A stretch of DNA of 64,000 bases. Origin: Pseudomonadota bacterium. GTDB taxonomy: Bacteria > Desulfobacterota > JAPLJL01. A model generated the notes under the pieces. It did no database searches. It was given only the letters and a program-made list of their open reading frames with translations, and was not told the origin of the DNA. The translations under genes were made by a program, and so were the position numbers. Position 1 is the stretch's first letter. Every line of letters begins with the position of its first letter. Shown here in pieces: positions 28,829 through 39,043 of the stretch. Where the stretch lies: assembly GCA_026388655.1 (NCBI GenBank), contig JAPLJI010000067.1, positions 1,316 through 65,315 on the forward strand, in the 5' to 3' direction.

Positions 28829-29393
28829 TATCTTTTTCTCCTTTCGAGGTTTTGGCCCTCGGGATGCGGGAGGCGATTTGAGTCTTGGTCCGTTTTATCA
28901 GGTAGAACTGACAGATTAGGCCCAGGAACAAAAATAGGAAAAAGAGCTTGGGATGCTGGATCTGCTTCGCCAGCATCGCCGAGCCGAGGAAAGTGGTCAG
29001 GATAGCGGCGATCTGGAGAATATACCGGCTCGCCACGGCGCCGAGAATAATCCCGGCAACCAGACGGATAATCAGGAGAACATCGGAGCTATGCGGCCAG
29101 GGGACCAGCGAGCCCGGGAGGATTTCCGGAAGGAAGCAGCCGAAAAGGAAGGCGAAGAAAATGACCGCCAGCTCGGCGAAGAGGGGGACCAGAAAAATCC
29201 CGGCGATCCCCCCGGCGATGGCCACCCCCAGGAACATCCACGGGGAGAGATTGAGATTAAGGTAAAGCTCTAGGACCTGGAGGACGAGGAAGAAGGTGGC
29301 CCCCCCCAGAAAGAGACCGAGGACCCGAAGCCCGAACTTGACTACGAGGAAGCCAAAGAGGATAAGCAGGATGAAAAGGATAATCGTAATCAA
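28821..29393 (-). CDS. Multi-pass membrane protein (DUF4203-like)
   Basis: 6-7 hydrophobic segments; overlaps the CocE start. Confidence 0.65.
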   Translation of the reverse strand: MITIILFILLILFGFLVVKFGLRVLGLFLGGATFFLVLQVLELYLNLNLSPWMFLGVAIAGGIAGIFLVPLFAELAVIFFAFLFGCFLPEILPGSLVPWPHSSDVLLIIRLVAGIILGAVASRYILQIAAILTTFLGSAMLAKQIQHPKLFFLFLFLGLICQFYLIKRTKTQIASRIPRAKTSKGEKDNE

Positions 29394-29399
29394 GGGATC

Positions 29400-29662
29400 A
29401 AATTCCTAATTCCTAATTTCTAATGTCTAATGAAAACCCAAGTTCCAATTTCCAATGACCAGCCTGCAATTACCAAACAATGACCAATGCCTAATTTCTA
29501 ATTACTAATCAAATCCCAATGACTAATGACCGGATTTTAATTTTATTGAATATCTAAATAGGCATTAGGATTTAGACATTGATTAGGCATTAGGTCAATT
29601 AGAAATTAGAAATTTTAGCCAGTCATTGATTAGAAATTCGTCATTAGAAATTAGAAATTTTC
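29400..29662. repeat. Inverted pair of heptamer tracts
   Basis: (CTAATTT/CTAATGM)n on the left, (AAATTAG/KCATTAG)n on the right. Confidence 0.75.
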
Positions 29663-29667
29663 AATCG

Positions 29668-30519
29668 TTAGACTCCATCGCCGGACGAGATTTTTTGCTT
29701 GATAATAAAATAAACCAGGCCCTGGATATAATCATCCTTCATGATGAAATTGGCGGCTTCTTTTTCGGTGTTGAAGAAACCGATGCCGACCCGGTAGATG
29801 TCCTTACCCTCCGCGCTTTTTTCATAGGTAATGAAGGCGTCGTAACCTTTACTTAACAGGTTGGACTGGTATTTTAAAGCTTCCTCCTGGCTCAGGAATC
29901 CTTCCAGGCCCACGATGTACGCCTCCTTGAGGTCATACTGCTTTTCCGCTTCCGGGACGGCAGCGAGCTTTTCCTCGGATTTTTTCAGGTGGTTTTCTTC
30001 GCGGGTGATCCGGTTGCTGAAAAGGAAACGCGAGCTCCAGTATTTATCGTTCAGACTCGCGAAGCTGATGCCCTTGCTGCTGGCGGCGTGGGCGAATTTC
30101 TTGTTCTCCAGGTGGATCCCCACGTGGGTAACATTGCCCTGGCCCTTGGTGTCGAAGAAGAGCAGGTCGCCGTAGCCGAGTTTTTCCGGACCGATCTTTT
30201 CCCCGCAGAGGCTCTGGAGGTAGCTGTGCCGGGGAAGGTTGATCCCCTGGTCCTGGAAGGCCCGCATCACGAAACCGGAGCAGTCAAACCCCCGTTCCGT
30301 GCACCCGCCCCAGCAGTAGGGGATGCCCAGCCGCCCCTGGATGAACGTGTTGAGCCGGCCCCGGTCGATGGCGCGGTCAATGGTCTTGGCCGCGAGGGCG
30401 GCCAGGAGAACGAAGCTCAAAGCCAGGATGAAAATCCGGCGGAGAGGGACAAGCTTGTCCCTCCCCACGGGCGGGGAGGGACAATTTTTCCGGGGGCCAG
30501 GTTTGTCGATTTTCATCAT
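29668..30519 (-). CDS. NlpC/P60 endopeptidase with SPOR domain
   Basis: PYCWGG..GFDCSGF, GDLLFF, HVGI..F.HA; C-terminal YRVGIGFF. Confidence 0.88.
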   Translation of the reverse strand: MMKIDKPGPRKNCPSPPVGRDKLVPLRRIFILALSFVLLAALAAKTIDRAIDRGRLNTFIQGRLGIPYCWGGCTERGFDCSGFVMRAFQDQGINLPRHSYLQSLCGEKIGPEKLGYGDLLFFDTKGQGNVTHVGIHLENKKFAHAASSKGISFASLNDKYWSSRFLFSNRITREENHLKKSEEKLAAVPEAEKQYDLKEAYIVGLEGFLSQEEALKYQSNLLSKGYDAFITYEKSAEGKDIYRVGIGFFNTEKEAANFIMKDDYIQGLVYFIIKQKISSGDGV

Positions 30520-30864
30520 TGCCGGTTTAAACTATTATTAACAGTTCCCTCATGTTTGGTTATTATAACCCAGGAATTTCGATTTGATAAATTGTCTTCT
30601 AATTTGAGTGAATGACGAGTTGTTTTTGGTTATGTGTCATTCCTACGAAACTTGTCCTCGAGTGCTTTAATCGGGGAGCAGGAATCCAGGGTTTTGTAAT
30701 TCAAGAGAAAAGAATATAAAAACTTTTTCTGGATCCCCGCTGGAGTTTATCCCGCCGCTGGCGGGATGGGGATGACAGAGTGGGGATGGATCCATGCTGG
30801 AGTTTGTCCCGCACTCTAATGCGGGATGGTGATGACAGATGAAGGACGTGCGGTATAAAAAATC

Positions 30865-31632
30865 ATGAAGACCGAAGATATCGAAATCAAGCATGAGGGA
30901 ATCTCGATCCGGGGCAAGATCTATCTTCCCGCCGGCTCCCCGCGGGGGCAAAGCCCCGTGGTGATTTTATGCCATGGGATTCCCCGCGGGATTCCCGACC
31001 CTAAAGATCAAGGGTACCTGCCCCTGCTGGAGGATTTAGTCCAGGCGGGTAGGATCGCGGTATTTTTCAATTTCCGGGGAGCGGGGGAGAGCACGGGAAA
31101 TTTTGATCTTCGGGGATGGACGCGGGACCTCCGGGAGGTGGTGGATCATTGTTACCAGGATCGCCGGGTTGATAACAAAAGGATCGCGTTGTGGGGTTTC
31201 AGCGGAGGGGCGGCCACCTCGGTCTGCGTGGCCGCCCGGGATCCCCGGATCGCAGTAGTGGCGGTGTGCGCCTGCCCGGCGCGTTTCGATTTTTGGGAAA
31301 ACGAGGGCGCGCTGAACTATTTGCTGGAGCATTTTCGCGCGATCGGTCTTGTTCGTGACCCGGATTTTCCCCCCTCTTTCCCGGAATGGCGGGAAGGCTT
31401 TGTGAAAATCGCTCCGGAAAAATGGGTTGCCCACATCTCTCCCCGGCCGCTTTTAATCGTCCATGGTGATGCGGATGAAACCGTGAAGGTTGATCACGCT
31501 TACAGGTTGTATCAAGTTGCCGGGGATCCCAAGGAGATCAGGATTATACCCGGCGGGGAGCACAACCTGCGCCAGAACCCCCAGGCGGTGCGGGAGGTTC
31601 TTGATTGGTTGAAAAAAATTTGGGGTGAATAA
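30865..31632 (+). CDS. Alpha/beta hydrolase
   Basis: CHG, FRGAGES, GFSGG nucleophile, HGDADE, GGEH. Confidence 0.9.
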   Translation: MKTEDIEIKHEGISIRGKIYLPAGSPRGQSPVVILCHGIPRGIPDPKDQGYLPLLEDLVQAGRIAVFFNFRGAGESTGNFDLRGWTRDLREVVDHCYQDRRVDNKRIALWGFSGGAATSVCVAARDPRIAVVAVCACPARFDFWENEGALNYLLEHFRAIGLVRDPDFPPSFPEWREGFVKIAPEKWVAHISPRPLLIVHGDADETVKVDHAYRLYQVAGDPKEIRIIPGGEHNLRQNPQAVREVLDWLKKIWGE

Positions 31633-32011
31633 TTGAGAATGTTTTATTAATACGATAGGTGAGGAGAATTCATCCTACCCCTTGAGGGGGGAGGATGAAG
31701 GAGAGGGCGAAAAGAGAGGTTTGTTGATCACCCTCCCCTCGTTCCCCTCCCATCAAGGGAGGGGAAATTTGTGGTAAAAGATTATTAAACCCGAAAAATG
31801 CGAATAAATTCATTCGGACGTCTTTTGCCAGCGGATTTTAATGTAATATGCCGATTCACTTGTCCCGTAACTGGGCGGGGTTGGCGGATTTTAAAATCGT
31901 CCGATCCCTCCGTTGTCGGGATAAATCCCCCTGAAGTCGGGACAAGTAAATCGGGCAACTACAAGGCATTCGGAAAGATTAAAGCATTTTTCGGATTAAA
32001 ATCCTCCTAGG

Positions 32012-32045
32012 AAAAAAACGGGGCGGCCCGGTGAGGCCGCCCCGA
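32012..32045 (-). terminator. Intrinsic terminator
   Basis: CGGGGCGGCC-loop-GGCCGCCCCG with a T run on the minus strand. Confidence 0.7.
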
Positions 32046-32079
32046 AATAATTCTCGGGGAAAATGGCGATTTCAGTTAT

Positions 32080-32601
32080 TTATTTGAAATCTCCCCGGCG
32101 CAGGGCGGCCATGTAGTGGGCCCCGCAGAGGCCCCGGGAGCGGGAAGGCTTTTGGCAATCCCGCACGGAGCAGACCTTTTCCCCGCGGGCCTTGCGGCCG
32201 ACCTTTTTCCCGCGGAGTTTTGTCTGGGTCCGGGATTTCCCTTTTCCTTTGGGTCCGATGCCCCGGAATTCGCCGTGGCGCAGGGCGGCCATGTAGTGGG
32301 CCCCGCAGAGGCCCCGGGAGCGGGAAGGCTTTTGGCAATCCCGCACGGTGCAGACCTTGCTCCCGCGGGCTTTGCGGCCGGCCTTTTTCCCCCGGGCTTT
32401 GCGGCCCGGGCGGGAGGAGGTAGATAAGCCGGTCAGACGTTTCTCAATCCGGCCCAGCGCGTGTTCAATTTCATTGATGCCCCTCTCCAGGAGGGGCCGC
32501 TGTCTTTCCAGGACCCTCTTCAACCTGTCTTCCACCAGTTTGTTAATCGCGGTCACCAGGTCCGAGCCCGATTTCTTTCCCCAGAGTTTCTTTCTTGCCA
32601 C
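32080..32601 (-). CDS. Basic VegA-like protein with two C-x4-C-x9-C-x2-H fingers
   Basis: Coiled coil, K/R/G linker, 2x CxVRDCQKPSRSRGLCGAHY; GAGGA RBS before GTG. Confidence 0.75.
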   Translation of the reverse strand: MARKKLWGKKSGSDLVTAINKLVEDRLKRVLERQRPLLERGINEIEHALGRIEKRLTGLSTSSRPGRKARGKKAGRKARGSKVCTVRDCQKPSRSRGLCGAHYMAALRHGEFRGIGPKGKGKSRTQTKLRGKKVGRKARGEKVCSVRDCQKPSRSRGLCGAHYMAALRRGDFK

Positions 32602-32781
32602 TTTGTCCTCCTTTCGACAACGAGCAGTTTCGTTTTAATGAAGCCAATCCGTCAGGAAAAATATTTTCTCACGTTTCGGATCAGCGGGGTTTAACTCATG
32701 TTATCATCACGATTTTAAAAACACAAGTCAACATATTTTTTATCAGAAATAAAATATTCTTCTCACCGATTTGCATCTGAA

Positions 32782-33285
32782 TTATATGAATCTTTCGAAA
32801 CGGTCCTTTTTAGCTTTGCAGATAGGGCAAAGCTCGGGCGGGTGATCGCGGGCGCAGAGATAGCCACAAACTTTACAGCGCCACACCGGCAGGGGAAGGG
32901 AAGAGATCCCGGCCGCGCGCGCGGATTTTTTCGGGGCTTTTCTTTCGGCAGCGGGAGGGCGGTGTTCCGGCACCGATGCCGCTTTTTTCTCGCCCCTTAA
33001 CACGGCCGAGGAAACGTAAAGACTGCAGTAACAGGTGCCGTGATCGGTCAAGTCGGGATCGCGATAGTCGCAGGGACAAATAATATCAAGATCGTCGTCA
33101 CGGTTCCCGGAAGCCAGCCGGCACGGGCAGGAACAGTAACCGTAGCGTTTCTCATTGGTTAACAGCCCCTGAAGCAGTTGCCTGGTAAACTCAACATCCG
33201 AATTGAGATGATACCCTGATGATTCCGCTTCATTTTTTAACTTCTCGTGGAGGCGGCCGATGTCAGCCTGGGTCACTTCCGGCAT
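32782..33285 (-). CDS. Ferredoxin:thioredoxin reductase catalytic domain fused to rubredoxin (FDR-like)
   Basis: CPC..CPC..CYC motifs; C-terminal CKVC..CPIC. Confidence 0.92.
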   Translation of the reverse strand: MPEVTQADIGRLHEKLKNEAESSGYHLNSDVEFTRQLLQGLLTNEKRYGYCSCPCRLASGNRDDDLDIICPCDYRDPDLTDHGTCYCSLYVSSAVLRGEKKAASVPEHRPPAAERKAPKKSARAAGISSLPLPVWRCKVCGYLCARDHPPELCPICKAKKDRFERFI

Positions 33286-33569
33286 TATTTTATCACCCGG
33301 CGGATTTTTTCTTCATCAAAGCCCACAATACAGGAGTCATCATTAATCACAATGGTGGGAAAGGAACACTGGGGATTCCAGCGCTTGATTTCCTCTACCG
33401 CGGTTTCCCTTTCCATTTCGGCCAGACTGTCAACATCGATATAGTCGTATTCAACACCCAGATCGTTCAAAAAGCCCTTGGTTTTACGACACCAGCCGCA
33501 GGTGGAGAGGGCGAAGAGTTTAATTTTCGCTTTGCTCTTTCCCGGTACATGAGTGAATTTCAACGTCAT
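33285..33569 (-). CDS. Glutaredoxin (NrdH-like)
   Basis: [21 protein letters not shown]. Confidence 0.92.
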   Translation of the reverse strand: MTLKFTHVPGKSKAKIKLFALSTCGWCRKTKGFLNDLGVEYDYIDVDSLAEMERETAVEEIKRWNPQCSFPTIVINDDSCIVGFDEEKIRRVIK

Positions 33570-33655
33570 GTAATCACCTCCTGGTAGTTGGGTATGACTA
33601 GATTTTCGCCGCAGTTCTTATCAATGTCAAGGTAACCCAAGCGTGGATTCAGAAT

Positions 33656-33800
33656 AATTGATACTTCGACGGCGCCCAAACCATGCCCTTTATGGCGGGG
33701 TTTATCCTGAGGGGATTCACCCTGAAGGAAAAGAGGCGCCGCTCAGTGTCAACCCTTAGTATACCACGGGCTTTAGACCAGGGAAGTCGAAGGGTTGATT
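33656..33800. repeat. Composite palindromic element (second copy 50493-50608)
   Basis: AATTGATACTTCGAC.GCGCCCAAACC...AGAGGCGCCGCTCAGT.TCAACCCT...AAGTCGAAGGGTTGATT. Confidence 0.8.
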
Positions 33801-33959
33801 AACAGTTTTGCAACGATCTGGCGAAGAAAAAGCTAAGTCCTTCGATTCATAAGCTCGATAACGAACTTGTTTACTCAGGACTTAGTGCTGAGTGAGCATT
33901 ATTATTAGTTCGGTTTTGAAAAAACACGTTACCGTAACTGCGAATCGAAGCACGAGGAA

Positions 33960-34349
33960 TTACAGGAAATATTGCTTCAGGCGGTAATAAATCTGATCGG
34001 CCTGAGGATCGCGGGTGTGTATATGCAAATGTTTAACGATCTCTGAACAAGACCAATCGTGAAATTCCGTATACTTTTCCTTTACCGGTCCGATTATGCT
34101 CATCCAATCGTTCGCTCCCAGAAGCTCGCACTTGGCGGCGAAACCGAATCCCACCAATCGGGGCGAGTTGGTGTTGAAGTAACGCTCCATGCTAATTAAA
34201 ACCTCGTTCCAGATTTCCTCGGTTTTTTCCAAAGGAGGATCCGGGGCAACCGCGTGTTTCCGGGGAAGGTCCAGGGAGATGTTTTCCAGGGGATTCCTGG
34301 GTACCACCTTCAGATGGTCTTTCCGGTTCAGGTTCTCTGGTTTTTCCAT
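33960..34349 (-). CDS. Hypothetical protein
   Basis: 129-aa ORF with plausible composition; no motif recognised. Confidence 0.55.
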   Translation of the reverse strand: MEKPENLNRKDHLKVVPRNPLENISLDLPRKHAVAPDPPLEKTEEIWNEVLISMERYFNTNSPRLVGFGFAAKCELLGANDWMSIIGPVKEKYTEFHDWSCSEIVKHLHIHTRDPQADQIYYRLKQYFL

Positions 34350-34707
34350 TTATTTTTCTCTTTTTTTATTTTCTAACTCATTATTATTATATAACTGCAT
34401 ATTCTATTCCCGGGTTTAACATACACATTTACGAATTAAATTAATCCAGGAAAATCAGTTGATTACCAGGATTCGGAAGCGTGGGCTTGGATTTTTATGG
34501 GTGAGTTATTGAATGAGAAAAAAGGTACCCTGGTGAGAAATGATTTCTCAAAGACGGACAAATTTTGGCTTAAACCCGAAAAATACCATTGAAAACATTC
34601 CATCGTATTTCGCGAGCATTGGGAAATCCTGACAGCATTTTTCGGGCGAAAATGAGTCGGAGAAAAGATAAAGATAAGGTTGATAAAAATAGTAACCGTT
34701 TCCCCGG

Positions 34708-36171
34708 TTAGGGTTTTTTCGGAATTAGATCCGCGAGACGGAGGGCGCTTTCCGCCGCCAGTTCGGTGCCGATGTTGTCACTGCCGGTATCCGAGCCCAC
34801 GAAATAAAGGTTTTCATAGGGCGACTTGAGCGGGGGCCGGCTTTTCCCCACCTGGCCGATGATCTGGGCCAGGCCGACGATGTCCGGCTGGAAGCGGCCG
34901 CTGTAATGGTTGATCATGGAAGTGGTGCCGAAGTCATACCAGAGGATGTGATTTTTCAGGCCGGGATAAAAGGTGTCCAGGTAATCCACGTGGAAGTTGA
35001 CCCAGTCCTTCCAGTGGGCGGACTCGAGGGGGGCGAGCCCGGGGAGATGGACGATCTGCTTGCCCTGTGGGGCGAGGCTCGGGTCCATATTGGAGGAAAC
35101 CGGGAGGAGGGCGAGGTTCATCGGGTCGGTGGTCGGGGGGATCTGGTCCTGGAGGACGAATTCCATCAGGAAACGGGCCAGGGAGGGGATCTCCGAGTCT
35201 TTCGGGAAGCTGAAAGCCACCGAGTCAGGGATCACCGGTTTATCCAGGGCCAGGTGGATGGCGATGGTGCCGATCCCGGCGAGCTTGCCGCAGGAGAGGC
35301 TTTCCGCGTAGTCGCGGTATTGCTCGGTCATGGTGGCCGGATCCAGCAGGCGGAGAACGGTTTCCTTGACCCCGATGTTGCTGATGATCAGGGGCGCCGA
35401 TACCACGGTGCCGTCCTTCAACTCCACCCCGGTGGCCAGGCCCTTTTCAACATTGATCCTTTCCACCTTGACCCCGGTTTGGAGCTCCGCCCCGTGCCGC
35501 CTGGCGATCCGGGCCAGGCCTTCCGGGATGGCTTTGCAGCCGCCCAGGGGATAACCCACGTTCGCCTCCCGCTGGTAATAGGCCATGACCCGGATCAACT
35601 CCCCCGCGCTGGCTTCTTTCAGGTTGGCGACGGCCAGGCAGATGACCTGCTGGTTGATGAAGGCCACTAGCTCGCGGCTCATCGGGAAGCGCTTCAGGAA
35701 ACTGGACATCGGGGTGTCGTCCAGCGCGAAGGTCTCGGAGTATTTCATTTTCGCGATGGTTTCATCCATGCTCCGGAGGGAATGAATGTCCGCCTCGGTA
35801 GCCGCGAAGGCCTGGCGGTAGGTTTGTTCCATCTCCGCCGGGGTCTGATAGGCCGGATTCGGGAAGGGATACTTCCGGCCGTTCTTGAGGAGGACAAAGG
35901 GGTTTTCCCGGGTCGGATGCCAGAACCGGATCTCGCCCTCGGCCCCGGTCTTTTTCATAATCTCGCCGTAGGGGCCCTTCTCGCACCGGCCGAACATGTG
36001 AATGAAGGCGTCCACCACGAAGCCTTCCTTTTCATAGGAGGTGCAGCGGCCGCCGAGAAAATTATTCCGCTCGAGCAGGAGGATTTTCATCCCCCGGTGA
36101 GAGAGGAGGGCGGCCAAGGCAAGCCCGCCGACCCCGCCTCCGAGAATAACGGCGTCAAAGTGATTTTTCAT
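34708..36171 (-). CDS. Phytoene-desaturase-like FAD oxidoreductase
   Basis: ILGGGVGGL..LLERN..GGRC....GF.VD, YP.GG, APQGKQ, NLYFVG. Confidence 0.88.
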   Translation of the reverse strand: MKNHFDAVILGGGVGGLALAALLSHRGMKILLLERNNFLGGRCTSYEKEGFVVDAFIHMFGRCEKGPYGEIMKKTGAEGEIRFWHPTRENPFVLLKNGRKYPFPNPAYQTPAEMEQTYRQAFAATEADIHSLRSMDETIAKMKYSETFALDDTPMSSFLKRFPMSRELVAFINQQVICLAVANLKEASAGELIRVMAYYQREANVGYPLGGCKAIPEGLARIARRHGAELQTGVKVERINVEKGLATGVELKDGTVVSAPLIISNIGVKETVLRLLDPATMTEQYRDYAESLSCGKLAGIGTIAIHLALDKPVIPDSVAFSFPKDSEIPSLARFLMEFVLQDQIPPTTDPMNLALLPVSSNMDPSLAPQGKQIVHLPGLAPLESAHWKDWVNFHVDYLDTFYPGLKNHILWYDFGTTSMINHYSGRFQPDIVGLAQIIGQVGKSRPPLKSPYENLYFVGSDTGSDNIGTELAAESALRLADLIPKKP

Positions 36172-36722
36172 TTTCTTCCCTCCGGTTTGTTCGGGGCCTG
36201 GGGATTTTTCACGGCCTCGAAGCCCAGGGCATACGGGCACTCGATGTTCAGGATTTTGACATTCTTGTTTTTCCCTTTCCCGACCAGCTGGAAACTCGCC
36301 ATCTCGATAAAGTAGCGGTTGAGGCTGCCGGAAAGGGTATTTTTTTTGATCGTCCAGGGCTTGAATTCCTTGTCCTCCTTGATGCTCATGATGATCTCGA
36401 TCGGGTATTCCTCCCGGAAGATATACTTGATGTCGTCCTCGGAGGGACGGGGCACTCCCTCCGGGTGGGAATGGTATTCCCCGATGAACTGATATTTGAG
36501 GTAATTGTCGATCATCCGGTAGAGCTTATGTTTTCTCATCGGATTGATGTAGATCATATCATATTTCCGGTTCGCCAGCTGGAAGGGAGTGGCCAGTTCC
36601 AGGAAGTATTTTTCCGGGGTTTTGTACCCGAAAAGCAGGCCGGCGCATTCGCGGGTGACCGAGGTTTCCACCGCGGAAAGGGTGAGGATCATAAAGGCGT
36701 TTTCGCTGATGTAGATATTCAT
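36168..36722 (-). CDS. JAB/MPN (JAMM) domain protein
   Basis: RECAGLL.G and EYHSHPEG..PSEDD JAMM motif. Confidence 0.85.
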   Translation of the reverse strand: MNIYISENAFMILTLSAVETSVTRECAGLLFGYKTPEKYFLELATPFQLANRKYDMIYINPMRKHKLYRMIDNYLKYQFIGEYHSHPEGVPRPSEDDIKYIFREEYPIEIIMSIKEDKEFKPWTIKKNTLSGSLNRYFIEMASFQLVGKGKNKNVKILNIECPYALGFEAVKNPQAPNKPEGRK

Positions 36723-37035
36723 TCTCTCGCAAAAAATTGTATGTCATTCTGAGCCAAAAGCGAAGAATCTTCTTTAAGATGTTTAACTTCGAGATCCTTC
36801 ACGGAGTTTACCCTGAGCACTTTGAGATTCTTCACTTCGTTCAGAATGACAAGAAGTGAAGGGTTTCCCGCGGCTTCTCATCCCGCCGCTCCGCACGGGA
36901 CACGCGGGACAGGCAGGATGACAGAAGCGAACGGGTTTAGGCGCCGTCCTGAATGAAATGAAGGAATGACAAATAACTTGGCCTTAGCTTTTCTCGATCG
37001 ACAAGTATAAATTAACCTGCTCTATTTCCCCCTTG

Positions 37036-37961
37036 CTAAGGAGATACCTGGAAACAACTGCTGTTGGAAATAAGCGGCCAGGGATTCATCCCCTTGAATC
37101 CCGTCCCGCGGCCGACCGGGTCGCCCCCGTAACCGGTGCGGACCGCGGTGATCTCCCAGCAGTAAATCTGGGGGGCGGAGAGGAGGCCGGCGGGGACGGC
37201 AAACTGGACCATCCCGGGGGAGAGGAGCGCCGAGTAAAACTCAAAGTAGAACCAGTCAAGGATACGGACCAAAAGGTAATCGGTTTCCATCGGGTCAAGG
37301 GTATTCACATTATGCCAGAACAGGGTGGGGGTGGTAGTGCCGACCTGGACGCCCAGGGGGGAATCCTGGACGGGAAGGTGAGAGACCGGGTAGAAGTACA
37401 GGCTTCGGTCGAGGGAAACGGTGTCGGTGGTATCGGAAGCGTAATAAGTGAAGGCGGTCTCGTCTTGGTAGCTCAAGCCCTCGTTCCCTGAATCCGGGAC
37501 GCCCGTGGTGATCGGGGTGGAATAATAGGATTGGTTCGACCCAGTGGGAACCAGCGGCCACTGCCGGCCGGCGGGGTCCTCCACCCAGGACAGGACGAAA
37601 TCCCCATCCGGATCAGAGGCTTCAAGCTCAAAATGAAGGTGAACGTTTCCGTTGGTAAAGACCTCGGCGTAGCCGGCCCGCCCGAACGCGTCGGCGATGA
37701 TGGCTATCCCGGAAACCGGGCTTTCACCGGACCGGGTGGCGGGACCGTCAGGGGCGGGGTCGGAGCCGTCAACCGAGTAACGTCAACCGAGTAATAAAAG
37801 AGGGCGGGTTCGCTGGCGATGAGGGTGATTTCCAGGGATTGGCAGTAGTAGCCTCCCGGGGGGTCGGCGGTGGTGACCGGGGGTGATTTGTCCTTCCCTC
37901 CGCAGGCGGAGAGAAGGACCAGCCAGGCCCAGAGGATAAACGCGATTCGCCGGCTTTTCAT
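37036..37961 (-). pseudogene. Fn3-associated/chitobiase-domain lipoprotein, frameshifted
   Basis: LSAC-GG lipobox, PPGGYY; removing the 14-bp duplication at 37767-37794 restores YYSVDGSDP and joins the two ORFs. Confidence 0.8.
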
Positions 37962-37982
37962 GATTATTAATAAGGATAAAGG

Positions 37983-38744
37983 TTATTTGCCGAGCTTATC
38001 CACGATGGATCCGACCCGGTCTCGAAAGCCGGGGAGATCCAGCGAAGTCGGCCGCCCCGAAAGATCGGCTTCGATCACCGCGGGATCGAGGGGAAGCCAG
38101 CCCAGGAGCTCAAATTCCCGGAGGGAGGTTTTGATCGTCTCGAGGTCAGATTCCTTCCGGACCTTATTGGCCACGATCCCGACCCGGAAGAGGCCGATAT
38201 CCCCGGCCAGTTTCCGGATCATTCGGGCGGCGGCCAGGGATCGCTGGCCCGGCTCGACCACCACCAGCATCCGGTCTACCGCGCCGGCGGTGGCGCGGCC
38301 CAGGTGTTCCACCCCGGCTTCCATGTCGATGACCGCGGCCTCGTTTCTTTCCAGGATCAGGTGCTGCAGCAGGGCGCGGAGGAGGGCGCTCTCCGGGCAG
38401 ATACAGCCGGCCCCACCCGCCTTCACGGTGCCCATCACCACCAGGCGGATGCCGTTTTGCTCCCGGCAGAAATTCTCCGGGATGTCCTCCACCCGCGGGT
38501 TGAGCTTGAAATAACCCCCGATTGATCCGGGCCTGGCCCCGGTCCGTTCGGCGATCAGGTCCTTCATCTCCGAGATCGGCGTGATCTTCTCCGGTTCGGG
38601 GAATCCCAGGGCGGCGCCCAGGCTGGCCACGGGGTCGGCGTCCACCGCCAGGATCTGGAGGCCCCGGTTTGAGAGATCCAGGCAGAGGAGGGCGGCGAGC
38701 GTGGTCTTGCCCACCCCGCCTTTTCCGCTCACGGCGATCTTCAT
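37983..38744 (-). CDS. cooC: CO dehydrogenase Ni-insertion ATPase CooC
   Basis: MKIAVSGKGGVGKTT, GCICP, DMEAGVEHLGR. Confidence 0.93.
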   Translation of the reverse strand: MKIAVSGKGGVGKTTLAALLCLDLSNRGLQILAVDADPVASLGAALGFPEPEKITPISEMKDLIAERTGARPGSIGGYFKLNPRVEDIPENFCREQNGIRLVVMGTVKAGGAGCICPESALLRALLQHLILERNEAAVIDMEAGVEHLGRATAGAVDRMLVVVEPGQRSLAAARMIRKLAGDIGLFRVGIVANKVRKESDLETIKTSLREFELLGWLPLDPAVIEADLSGRPTSLDLPGFRDRVGSIVDKLGK

Positions 38745-39043
38745 TTGTTTAACGTGCAATTCCCCGTGGTTTTGCCACGGGGTCACCTTGTTTCTGTCAT
38801 TCCGCACTTGATGCGGAATCCAGTTTTTTTGTTCGCCTGGATTCCCGCTTCCGCGGGAATGACAAACCAAAACTTAAGGATCGTTTTGAGAAAAATCCCC
38901 TGCGGTCTCGCCGCGGGAGCTTCATTGTCTCCCGAAAAATCAAACAAATTATCCTTTAGCGAAGAATCTCGGAAAAGAAAAGGTGTTTTGCTTCGCTCCG
39001 ACCTATCCATAGGCATTTTTATCCTCAATTCATTTATAAAAAT

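Noticed and set aside
32095-32400. DGR template/variable repeat pair
   Set aside because: Both copies are in frame in one gene, differences are not adenine-specific, and there is no RT.
32782-33569. FTR-rubredoxin plus glutaredoxin as a novel system
   Set aside because: Matches the known FDR-type disulfide reductase module.
38745-38870. N-terminal extension of CooC (likewise 52584-52673 and 61449-61529)
   Set aside because: Translation through intergenic palindromic repeats; downstream starts match the family N-termini.
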